A stretch of DNA of 64,000 nt from positions 939,030 through 1,003,029 of the forward strand of contig CAWEPH010000006.1 of NCBI GenBank assembly GCA_963810915.1. The letters run 5' to 3'. The stretch is from an uncultured Actinomycetes bacterium (GTDB lineage Bacteria > Actinomycetota > UBA4738 > HRBIN12). The notes below the pieces were generated by a model. It made no database searches and was not told the DNA's origin. It saw only the letters and a list, made by a program, of their open reading frames with translations. Positions within the stretch are counted from its first letter, which is position 1; every line of letters begins with the position of its first letter. Of the stretch, positions 52,183 through 60,323 are shown piece by piece. A program made the position numbers and the translations under genes.

Positions 52183-53004
52183 TCAGGACGCGGACAAGGT
52201 TGGGTTAAGAGCGGGTGAAGCGGCTTCGCGTCGCCGGATCCGCCAGACCATCACCAGACCGCCGACGATCATCGCGAGGCAGAGGTACTGGGCACCCGTC
52301 AGCCCGCCGACACGCTCATCGTAGGCACGCAGGAAGTCCGTCAGGAATCGCTGCGTGCCGTACCAGAGCAGGAACGTGGCGGTCATCACGCCCTCGGGTG
52401 CGTGCCGACGGGCCAACCAGAACAGGAACGCTGCGAGCGGCGCCAGCAGCAGGATCTCGTAGAGCGCGGTGTTGTGGACCACGGTGCCGACGACGATCGG
52501 ACCCTCCCTGGTCGCGCCGCCAAGGTACTTCACCCCCAGGAAGAACGACGTCGTGTGGCCGAGGTGTTCGCCGACCGAGTAGCACCCGATCCGCCCGATC
52601 ATCAGGCCCGGCACCAGGCCCAGCACGATACCGTCCGTGAGCAGGAGCCCCCGTACCTCGGGATGCTTGCGGAGCCAGAGCACGATCACGACGATCGAGA
52701 TCACGAACGCGCCGGAGAACTGGAGCCCGCCCTGCCAGACGGCGAACGCGGAGAGGGGCTGGTCCGAGAAATCGGAGAGGTGGGTGAGCACGTACAGGAC
52801 CCGCGACCCGATGATCCCGTAGATCACCACGCGCCACGCGAGCGAGGCCAGCGCATCAGCGTCGAGCCCGCGTTGACGCGCGAACCGCAGGAAGACCCAG
52901 GTCCCGACGAGGATACCGACCGCGACGAACACCCCGAACACGTGGATCGGCACGGGCCCCACGTTCACCACGGGGAACGTTCGATACGGGATCGCGGCAT
53001 ACAC
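52183..53004 (-). CDS. lgt: Prolipoprotein diacylglyceryl transferase-like membrane protein
   Basis: 7 TM helices with the GRIGC motif (MIGRIGCYSVGEHLG) and overall Lgt-like topology. Assigned from motifs only. Confidence 0.55.
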   Translation of the reverse strand: MYAAIPYRTFPVVNVGPVPIHVFGVFVAVGILVGTWVFLRFARQRGLDADALASLAWRVVIYGIIGSRVLYVLTHLSDFSDQPLSAFAVWQGGLQFSGAFVISIVVIVLWLRKHPEVRGLLLTDGIVLGLVPGLMIGRIGCYSVGEHLGHTTSFFLGVKYLGGATREGPIVVGTVVHNTALYEILLLAPLAAFLFWLARRHAPEGVMTATFLLWYGTQRFLTDFLRAYDERVGGLTGAQYLCLAMIVGGLVMVWRIRRREAASPALNPTLSAS

Positions 53005-53052
53005 CCCTCCATGGTACGGACCTCGCGCGCGGCGAAGGACTGCAACGCACCG

Positions 53053-55353
53053 TCAGAACTGAGGGAATCCACCCCACACCGCCGCGTTCTCGTCCGACTC
53101 GGCGTGATCGACCCCGGCACCGAGCAACGCGACACCTGACCCCCCGAGCGTCACGAGCGCCCGCAGCTCCTGATCCGACGGACCTCCGAGATCCTCGAGC
53201 GCGAGCGACAAGGGGTCCCCGCGCGCCCAGGTCACTCCGTCGACCGATATCCAGGCGGCGCCGTCGACATCGCCCTGCGCCGACGCGGCGTGGCCGGCCG
53301 CCACGAACCCGCCGCGATACGCGGTCACGGTGAGCATCCGCTGCGGCCCCTCGCCCGCGGCAACGGCAGGCGTCATCGCGACCCGCTCCCAGGTCCGGCC
53401 GTCGACGGAACGCCAGACGGCTACGCTGTCCGACCCGATCGAATCGTCGTAGCCGACCGCGACCGAGACCGAGCCGCGGCCGGCGGCGATCGAGAACGCG
53501 ATCTGGTTACCCGGACCCGCAAGGGGATCGTCGTTCGCCCTCGTCCAATCTCCCTGACGGAGCACCCAGAACGCTGGATCGACATCACCTCGTTCGGAGG
53601 TGGATCCCGTGGCCACGACGACGCCCGCCGACTCGACCACGGCCGAGTCCACCTCCATCGCGCCGACGCCACCGAGGTCCTCGTCCTGCATGCGTCTCCA
53701 ACGCAGGCCGTCGGAGGAGCGCCACGCCGCCCCTTGCGGCTCCCCGCTCGATGCGTCGTATCCGACCGCCACGAACGAGCCGTGCGAGACGACGACATCG
53801 CGAACGACCTGGTCGCCCGGCTGTGCCCAGCTCGGGGATCGGACCGGGGTCCAGGACGTGCCGTCGTCCGTTGAGCGCCAACCCATCGCGTCGAGGTCGG
53901 ACCCACCCGAGGTCCAGCCGAGGGCCAGGATGACCCCGTCCTTCACTCCCACGGTGGTCGCCCGCTGCTCTCCCGACATGTGGAGACCCGGCGCGTCGGC
54001 GGACCGCCATCGTTGCCCGTTCGGGGACATCCATATCGCAACATCGGAAGGATCTCCCGCCCGCGCGGCGTGGCCGACCGCGACGACACCGCTCGGCGAC
54101 AACGCCAAATCGTTGATCGCTTGCTCCCCCGATCCTCGAAACCCCTGAGGGACCTTCTGCAGGCCGTGCCACAGGAAATGCCTCCAGGTATCTGCGGCCG
54201 GACCCCCGGATCCAGCGGGGAACGACGATCCGGCGTGCGGCGAGGGCGGCGGCGATCCGGCGCCACCGGAGGCGACCACCATCCATATGACGAGCGACGC
54301 CACGACGGCGCCCCCGATCGCCAGGGATGGCCAGGCCCGACGAGGTCGTCGGGTGGTCTTCGGCCCGGGGAGGATCTCGGTGGGCGTGCGCTCGACCTCG
54401 CGAACGTGGGTGTCTTCCGCGACGTCGTCACCGTCGCGCCGTTCGGCCGGAACCCGCAGTGGCGTCCGCTCGGTCGTGACCGTGGCCGCGCCGATCGTGT
54501 TCCTCGCGGCCTCCACCAATCCGGTGCACGTGGCATAACGGTCATCCGGGTGCTTCGCGAGGGCGCGCGCGACCACCGTGTCGAGACCGGGCCACGTCCC
54601 GATGCCCTCCGGCAACGGAGGAGGAGGGTCCTGTAGGTGTCCGTAGATCGTTGCGACATCTGTGTCGCGTGGGAACGGGACGCGCCCCGAAAGACAGTGA
54701 TAGAGCACGCACCCGAGGGAATAGACGTCAGCGCGTCCGTCGATCGGGTCGCCCGCGATCTGTTCCGGCGCCACGTAATCGACGGTCCCGACGAACTGAC
54801 CGGTTCTGGTCAACGCCGTTCGCGAGGTGATCCGCTTCGTGACTCCGAAATCCGAAAGGAACGCCCGTTCGGGGAAGGTGTCGCTCGCCTCGAGGAGGAT
54901 GTTGCCCGGCTTCACGTCGCGATGCACGAGCCCTTCCTCGTGTGCCGCATCGAGCGCACCCGCAACCTGGCGGAGGAGGAGGACGGTGCGCCAAGGGTCC
55001 ATCGCCCCCTCGGCGTCGAGTAGTCGCCCCAGGTCCGTCCCTGCGACGTATCGCATCGACAGGTACAGGATCCCGTCGGCTTCTCCGGCGTCGTACACGG
55101 TCACGACGCTGGGATGGTCGAGCCCTGCGGCGATGCGCGACTCACGGATGAAGCGCTCACGGAACGCCGCGTCATCGGCGAGATGGGGAGCCAGAAGCTT
55201 GAGTGCCACCAACCGCCCGAGCCGCACATGTTCGGCCAGGTAGACGACACTCGCTCCGCCTCGTCCGATGATCCGTTCGATCCGGTGACCGGCGAGTTCT
55301 GTCCCCAGTCGCGCATCGTCGACCATCGTGTTCGTCGTTGTATCACTTCGCAA
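53053..55353 (-). CDS. Ser/Thr protein kinase with single TM and extracellular BNR/sialidase-like beta-propeller domain
   Basis: Kinase subdomains (GRGGASVVY...ALK, HRDVKPGNILL, DFG, APE). TM at ~aa 330. Repeated W-x-S-x-DG-x-W-like propeller motifs. Confidence 0.8.
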   Translation of the reverse strand: MRSDTTTNTMVDDARLGTELAGHRIERIIGRGGASVVYLAEHVRLGRLVALKLLAPHLADDAAFRERFIRESRIAAGLDHPSVVTVYDAGEADGILYLSMRYVAGTDLGRLLDAEGAMDPWRTVLLLRQVAGALDAAHEEGLVHRDVKPGNILLEASDTFPERAFLSDFGVTKRITSRTALTRTGQFVGTVDYVAPEQIAGDPIDGRADVYSLGCVLYHCLSGRVPFPRDTDVATIYGHLQDPPPPLPEGIGTWPGLDTVVARALAKHPDDRYATCTGLVEAARNTIGAATVTTERTPLRVPAERRDGDDVAEDTHVREVERTPTEILPGPKTTRRPRRAWPSLAIGGAVVASLVIWMVVASGGAGSPPPSPHAGSSFPAGSGGPAADTWRHFLWHGLQKVPQGFRGSGEQAINDLALSPSGVVAVGHAARAGDPSDVAIWMSPNGQRWRSADAPGLHMSGEQRATTVGVKDGVILALGWTSGGSDLDAMGWRSTDDGTSWTPVRSPSWAQPGDQVVRDVVVSHGSFVAVGYDASSGEPQGAAWRSSDGLRWRRMQDEDLGGVGAMEVDSAVVESAGVVVATGSTSERGDVDPAFWVLRQGDWTRANDDPLAGPGNQIAFSIAAGRGSVSVAVGYDDSIGSDSVAVWRSVDGRTWERVAMTPAVAAGEGPQRMLTVTAYRGGFVAAGHAASAQGDVDGAAWISVDGVTWARGDPLSLALEDLGGPSDQELRALVTLGGSGVALLGAGVDHAESDENAAVWGGFPQF

Positions 55354-55462
55354 CGGGCGGGGCGAGCGGAACGCAGCCGGGTGCGGTCAAACAACCGTGT
55401 TCCCTCGGATGCCTCGTGGAACCCCTCACACGTAGCGTCGCGTCGCGGGAAGGAGGAGAGCG

Positions 55463-55711
55463 ATGCGGGTGGATCAGATCGAAGACCCGATCCCGGGGCT
55501 CGGACAGCTGATCGCGGCGGGGGTCGCGATGGCCATCGTGCTCGTCGTGCTCTTGCTCGCCAGCAACGTCATGGCCGAAGGCACGAGACGCCCCGCTTCG
55601 TCGGATCTGGCCCCCGCCGTCGTGTCGTTCACCACGCCGGCGCATCAACCGCGTGTCATCGCCGACGGGCATCCACGACACGGGCGCTCGCGCGTCGGAC
55701 AAGCGCTCTGA
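55463..55711 (+). CDS. Small hypothetical membrane protein upstream of the LAL regulator
   Basis: Strong SD (GGAAGGAGGAG) 6 nt before the ATG. One TM helix (LIAAGVAMAIVLVVLLLA). Confidence 0.4.
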   Translation: MRVDQIEDPIPGLGQLIAAGVAMAIVLVVLLLASNVMAEGTRRPASSDLAPAVVSFTTPAHQPRVIADGHPRHGRSRVGQAL

Positions 55712-55780
55712 GGATGGACGATCGGCCTCCGGGTCCGATCGTGCCCGCCCGAGTTGACCTGGAACGCCACGCCTCCCACG

Positions 55781-58582
55781 ATGGTTCCTCAGCCCTTGGT
55801 TGGGGGGATCATGATCGTCGGGCGAGACGGGGAACTCGACGCGCTCGCGGCGTTCGTCGCTGACATAGGGTGGCCGGCGGTTGCACTCATCGAGGGAGAG
55901 CCCGGCATCGGCAAGTCCACCCTGTGGGACTCCGCCGTGGACGCGGCGCGCGATCGAGGACACACCATCATGAGTTGCCGGCCGGCGGCCTCGGACGCGG
56001 AACTGGCGTTCACAGGTCTGAGCGATCTCCTGGACGACGTGTCGCCTCGCGCGTTCGACCCGCTCCCGCCACCACAACGCCGTGCATTGGACGCCGCGCT
56101 TCTCCGAGGACCGTCTGACGCCCCGGCTCCGGGATGGCGGGCCGTTTCGACGGCGATGCTCGGGTTGCTCCGCGAGGTCGCGTCGGCGGGACCGTTGCTG
56201 GTGGCCATCGACGATCTTCAGTGGTTGGATCCCAGCACGCTGCGGATCCTGTCGTTCGCCATGCGACGGATCGGCACGGCCGAGGTGGGACTCTTGGGCG
56301 CCGCTCGCTCCACCGGAGGAGTTTCCGCAGCCCGGGAGCTCACCTCTTCGTTCCCTGGAGACCTGATCCAGCACCTGACCGTGCAGGGACTTCCCGTAGA
56401 CGCCCTGGCGCGGATCCTCCGCGAGCGTGCCGGTGCCGGCCTCGACCGCGCCGACATCCGTTGGATCCACGAGCAGACTGGTGGCAACCCCTTCTACGCC
56501 CTCGAGTTCGCGCGTGCGGTGCTGGCCAAGGAACCTCGAGCCACCGGCCGAGCCCTCCCCGTTCCCCGGAGCCTCTCGGACGACTTCGTCCGTCATCGTT
56601 TGGCGACGCTTTCGGTCGACGCGCACGAGTCGATGCTCGCGGTCGCTGCGACCTCGCGACCGACCCCGCGACTGCTGCGCGAGGCCGTAGAGGGGTTCGA
56701 TGTCGACGCCGGACTGGATGAGGCTCGGCGTGCACAGGTCCTGGTGATCGCAGACGGCGTGGTCGCGTTCACGCATCCCCTCTACGGATCGGCGATCTAC
56801 GACGATGCCTCGCGCTCTCACCGGCATCGGGTGCATGCCGTCCTCGCTGCCCACGTCGACGACCTCGAGGAGCGCGCTCGACATCTCGCGTTGTCCCGTG
56901 ACGAGCCGGATGCCCGAGTCGCCGAGGAGTTGGAGCGAGCCGCTTCGTTGAGCATCGCCCGCGGAGCGCCGGATGCCGCCGCCTCGCTGCTCGCGCTGTC
57001 CGTGCGGTCGACACCTCCTGAGGACATCGCGTCCCTCGTTCGACGGTGGACCTCCGAGGCGACGGCACGGTTCCAGTTGGGCGACACGGATGGCGCCATC
57101 GACGCGGCATCCGCGGCCACGCGCTCGGCGCGCGCCGGTGATGAACGGGCGGAGGCGCTCAGGGTCCTGGCTCGTCTGCACGCTCAGACCGACGACCTTC
57201 AGGAAGCTCGGATCTTGCTCGATCGGGCGATCGCCGAGCCGGACCTCGGGCCCGCTCTCAGTGCGGAGATACATGCGGAACTGTTCTGGATCCTCCACGG
57301 CCTCGGAGAGTTCGAGTCCTCACGCAGGCACGCCGAGGAGGCGCTGAGACAACCGCTCGCCGCCGACGCCAGGCCCGTCCGAGCGATCGTCTCGATGAGG
57401 CGTGTGCTTCGCCTGGAAGGGGTCCCGGATGTCTCCGACTCAGTAACCGATTCCCTTTCGGCGATGCAGGAACCGACGGACCTGCCCATGCTGGAATGGC
57501 CGGCGCTCGCCGACGCCGAAGAGCTCCTGTATGTCGGTCGACACGAGGAGGCGTCGACGAGGCTCGGCGACCTTCTCGCCACATCCGAGGCGCGCGGCGA
57601 CGAGTCGGGTCGTGCGCGCATCCTCGCCCTCCTCGCTGAGCTCGAGCGCAGATGCGGACGCCTCGCGTCTGCAGAGGCCTATGCCGAAGCCGCGTTGGAG
57701 CTCGTGGAGCAATTGGGCTACAACCCTGCCAAGGAGGTCGCGCTTCTGGGATCCATCCACGCGCTCCGCGGGAAGGAGGAACAGGCGACCTCCGGATTCG
57801 CGCGGGCGCGCTCCCTCGCCGAGACCGCCTCTTCCATCACGCGACTCCTGGGCTATGGGCACGTCGGCGCCTTCGCGTTGTCCCTTCGTCATCTCGCGGA
57901 GGCACGCGCTGCGCTGTCGTCCGCGACGGAGATCCTGTTCGGAGCGGGGATCGGAGAGCCGGGGGCCTACCTGATGGTCCATGATGCCGCCGAGACCGCG
58001 GTGCTCATCGGGGAGCTCGGGGAGGCAGAAGGCCTCATCTCCTGGCTCGAGGAACGAGGCGCTGCGCTCGATCGACCTTACGCCTTGGCCACGGGAGCGC
58101 GGTGCCGCGCGATGCTGCTCGAAGCGCAGGGCGACAGGCCGGCCGCGCTCGCGCATCTGACAGGCGCCCTGAAGGAGCACGAGCACCTGGGCATGCCGTT
58201 GGAGCTGGGCAGAACGTTCTTCATCACAGGAGGCGTGATGCGTCGCGACGGTCAGAAGCGGGCGGCGCGCAGATCGCTGGAAGCAGCGCTGGCCATCTTC
58301 GAGGATCTTGGGGCAGCGATCTGGGCGCAGCGTGTCCACGACGAGCTGGGACACATCGCGGGTCGCCGTCCGGCGCCCGGGAGGCTCACCGACGCCGAGG
58401 ATAGGGTCGCGCGTCTGGCCAGGTCCGGCCTGCGAAACCAAGAGATCGCCGACACGCTCGTGATGAGCGTCCGCACCGTAGAAAGCCACCTCTCGCACGT
58501 CTACGCGAAGCTCGGCATCCGGTCCCGCACGGAGCTGGCGATCTTCTATGAGGATCCACGATCCGAACTCCCGCCTCCCTGA
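55781..58582 (+). CDS. Large ATP-binding LuxR-family regulator (LAL/MalT-like: AAA+ NTPase, TPR-like middle, C-terminal LuxR HTH)
   Basis: Walker A GEPGIGKST. C-terminal LTDAEDRVARLARSGLRNQEIADTLVMSVRTVESHLSHVYAKLGI. Start between 55754 and 55811. Confidence 0.8.
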   Translation: MVPQPLVGGIMIVGRDGELDALAAFVADIGWPAVALIEGEPGIGKSTLWDSAVDAARDRGHTIMSCRPAASDAELAFTGLSDLLDDVSPRAFDPLPPPQRRALDAALLRGPSDAPAPGWRAVSTAMLGLLREVASAGPLLVAIDDLQWLDPSTLRILSFAMRRIGTAEVGLLGAARSTGGVSAARELTSSFPGDLIQHLTVQGLPVDALARILRERAGAGLDRADIRWIHEQTGGNPFYALEFARAVLAKEPRATGRALPVPRSLSDDFVRHRLATLSVDAHESMLAVAATSRPTPRLLREAVEGFDVDAGLDEARRAQVLVIADGVVAFTHPLYGSAIYDDASRSHRHRVHAVLAAHVDDLEERARHLALSRDEPDARVAEELERAASLSIARGAPDAAASLLALSVRSTPPEDIASLVRRWTSEATARFQLGDTDGAIDAASAATRSARAGDERAEALRVLARLHAQTDDLQEARILLDRAIAEPDLGPALSAEIHAELFWILHGLGEFESSRRHAEEALRQPLAADARPVRAIVSMRRVLRLEGVPDVSDSVTDSLSAMQEPTDLPMLEWPALADAEELLYVGRHEEASTRLGDLLATSEARGDESGRARILALLAELERRCGRLASAEAYAEAALELVEQLGYNPAKEVALLGSIHALRGKEEQATSGFARARSLAETASSITRLLGYGHVGAFALSLRHLAEARAALSSATEILFGAGIGEPGAYLMVHDAAETAVLIGELGEAEGLISWLEERGAALDRPYALATGARCRAMLLEAQGDRPAALAHLTGALKEHEHLGMPLELGRTFFITGGVMRRDGQKRAARRSLEAALAIFEDLGAAIWAQRVHDELGHIAGRRPAPGRLTDAEDRVARLARSGLRNQEIADTLVMSVRTVESHLSHVYAKLGIRSRTELAIFYEDPRSELPPP

Positions 58583-58711
58583 GCGGATCCTCTCGCCGAC
58601 TCCTCCGTAGTGGGATCGCGATTGTTCCGAGCTCGCCCTGGTCCCGCCGTCGCGGTCCGTCCCTAGCGTCGCACCACGACCGACGAAGGAGTCGGGCGGG
58701 AGGTGGGACCC

Positions 58712-60172
58712 ATGGAGGGGTTCATCAGGCGCGACGCGGCCAGCCGAACGGACCGATCTCGAGGAGGTTGGCGTTGGCTCATCGTTCCGTCCATCCTCGT
58801 CGTCGCCCTGGCCGCCCACCTCACGTCGATACAGAGCCTGCCGGGGGCGATCGCGGCGCTGTCATCCGCTCGACGGGTCCCACCGAACATCGTCCTCATC
58901 GTGACCGACGACCAACGAGCCGACACGCTTTGGGCGATGCCGAACGTGCGTGCATTGCTCGCCGGTCCTGGCATCGAGTTCACCAATGGCTTCGTGGTGA
59001 ATCCCCTCTGCTGCCCGAGTCGTACATCGATCCTGACCGGTCGTTACTCCCACTCGACGCGGGTCTACACGAACCACGACGGGCACAAGTACGGGGGGAT
59101 GCACGCGTTCGACGACCACGACACCATCGCCACGCGCCTGGATGCGCATGGGTACCGAACCGGCCTGTTCGGCAAGTACCTCAACGGCTATAAGGGCTCC
59201 TACATCCCGCCGGGTTGGGACCGCTGGTTCTGCACGTACCATTCTGGTGCCTACTACGACTACGTGGCCCAAGACGGGCCCCGGGTGGTGCGGTACGGAC
59301 ACGCGCCGCGTGACTACGGAACGGACGTCGTGGCTCGGCAGACCACGGCGTTCATCCGTGGAACGGACCCCTCCCATCCCCTGTTCGCCTACGTGGCCCC
59401 TCACGCACCTCACGGGCCGGCCATCCCGGCCCCCGGTGACCGACACGCTTTCGCCCGCCACGTGGCGCGACCAGCCGCCTACGATGAGGCAGACGTTTCC
59501 GACAAGCCAACGTACGTTCGATCGCACCCTCGACTGACGCGACGAGGCGGCAGGATCGCTCGTTTCCGCCGTCAGCAACTCGAGACGCTCAGGGCCATCG
59601 ACAGGATGGTCGCCAAGATCGTCCACGCCCTCGAAGACACCGGACGGCTCCGCGACACGCTCATCGTCTTCACCTCAGACAACGGGTATCTCTGGGGTGA
59701 GCATCGCCTCGTGGGGAAGAACGCCCCGTACGACGAGAGCATCCGTGTCCCCTTCGTCGCGCGATACGACGCAGCCATAGCGACGCCGCGTCGTGACGCG
59801 CACCTCGTCCTCAACATCGACCTCGCCCCAACGTTCGCCAACGCAGCCGGCGTGAGCCTTCACGACCCTGACGGCAAGGATCTCGGAGACCTCTTCGCCA
59901 GTCCGGCCGCGCCATGGAGGTCGACCTTCCTGATCGAGCATCTCCGCGACGACCACACGAAGCTCCCTTCTTATTGTGCCGTACGTTCGGCGACTGCGGT
60001 CCTCGTCTGGTACGAGGACGGTGAGCGGGAGCTCTACGATCTCCTCATGGACCCCGAGGAGCTCTACAACCTCGCGTCAACCGGCCAGCTGCAGGAGGAG
60101 CGTCAAGCACTCGCTGGGGAGATGCGGAGGCTGTGCTCCCCGCCGCCCCCCGGGATGTCGTTGGCGCGCTAG
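58712..60172 (+). CDS. Sulfatase (arylsulfatase/N-acetylglucosamine-6-sulfatase-like), membrane anchored/secreted
   Basis: PNIVLIVTDDQRAD, formylglycine motif CCPSRTSILTGRY, and C-terminal sulfatase motifs. Confidence 0.8.
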   Translation: MEGFIRRDAASRTDRSRGGWRWLIVPSILVVALAAHLTSIQSLPGAIAALSSARRVPPNIVLIVTDDQRADTLWAMPNVRALLAGPGIEFTNGFVVNPLCCPSRTSILTGRYSHSTRVYTNHDGHKYGGMHAFDDHDTIATRLDAHGYRTGLFGKYLNGYKGSYIPPGWDRWFCTYHSGAYYDYVAQDGPRVVRYGHAPRDYGTDVVARQTTAFIRGTDPSHPLFAYVAPHAPHGPAIPAPGDRHAFARHVARPAAYDEADVSDKPTYVRSHPRLTRRGGRIARFRRQQLETLRAIDRMVAKIVHALEDTGRLRDTLIVFTSDNGYLWGEHRLVGKNAPYDESIRVPFVARYDAAIATPRRDAHLVLNIDLAPTFANAAGVSLHDPDGKDLGDLFASPAAPWRSTFLIEHLRDDHTKLPSYCAVRSATAVLVWYEDGERELYDLLMDPEELYNLASTGQLQEERQALAGEMRRLCSPPPPGMSLAR

Positions 60173-60228
60173 TCCTCGTCCCAGGAGACCTCCGGACCCG
60201 CGACTCGGACCGAGGCCGACTATCCTTC

Positions 60229-60322
60229 CGGTGGAGGCGTCAGGGTTCCTGGTGGGCCCCGCGGTCTTCAACACCGTAGTGGGGGCGCGAGCTCCCAGGC
60301 GGGTTCGATTCCCGTCCGCCTC
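60229..60322 (+). tRNA. selC: tRNA-like gene with anticodon UCA and long variable arm: candidate selC (tRNA-Sec)
   Basis: Acceptor halves GGAGGCG (60230-36) and CGCCTCC (60314-20) are perfectly complementary. Canonical T-arm GCGGG-TTCGATT-CCCGT. Anticodon stem GCGGT/ACCGT with loop CTTCAAC (U33, anticodon UCA, A37), identical in context to E. coli selC (CUUCAAA). Short 4-nt D-loop (GTTC) with a 4-6 bp D-stem. GNRA-capped variable stem (GGGGGC-GCGA-GCTCCC). Discriminator G. Hand-folded only. Confidence 0.5.
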
Positions 60323-60323
60323 C

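Noticed and set aside
57440-58819. 459-aa minus-strand ORF
   Set aside because: Antisense to the LAL-type LuxR regulator, which has Walker A and HTH motifs.
59976-60323. 5' extension of ORF 59976..63044
   Set aside because: It reads through the sulfatase 3' end and the tRNA-like element. The Pat-like protein start is assigned at ATG 60324.
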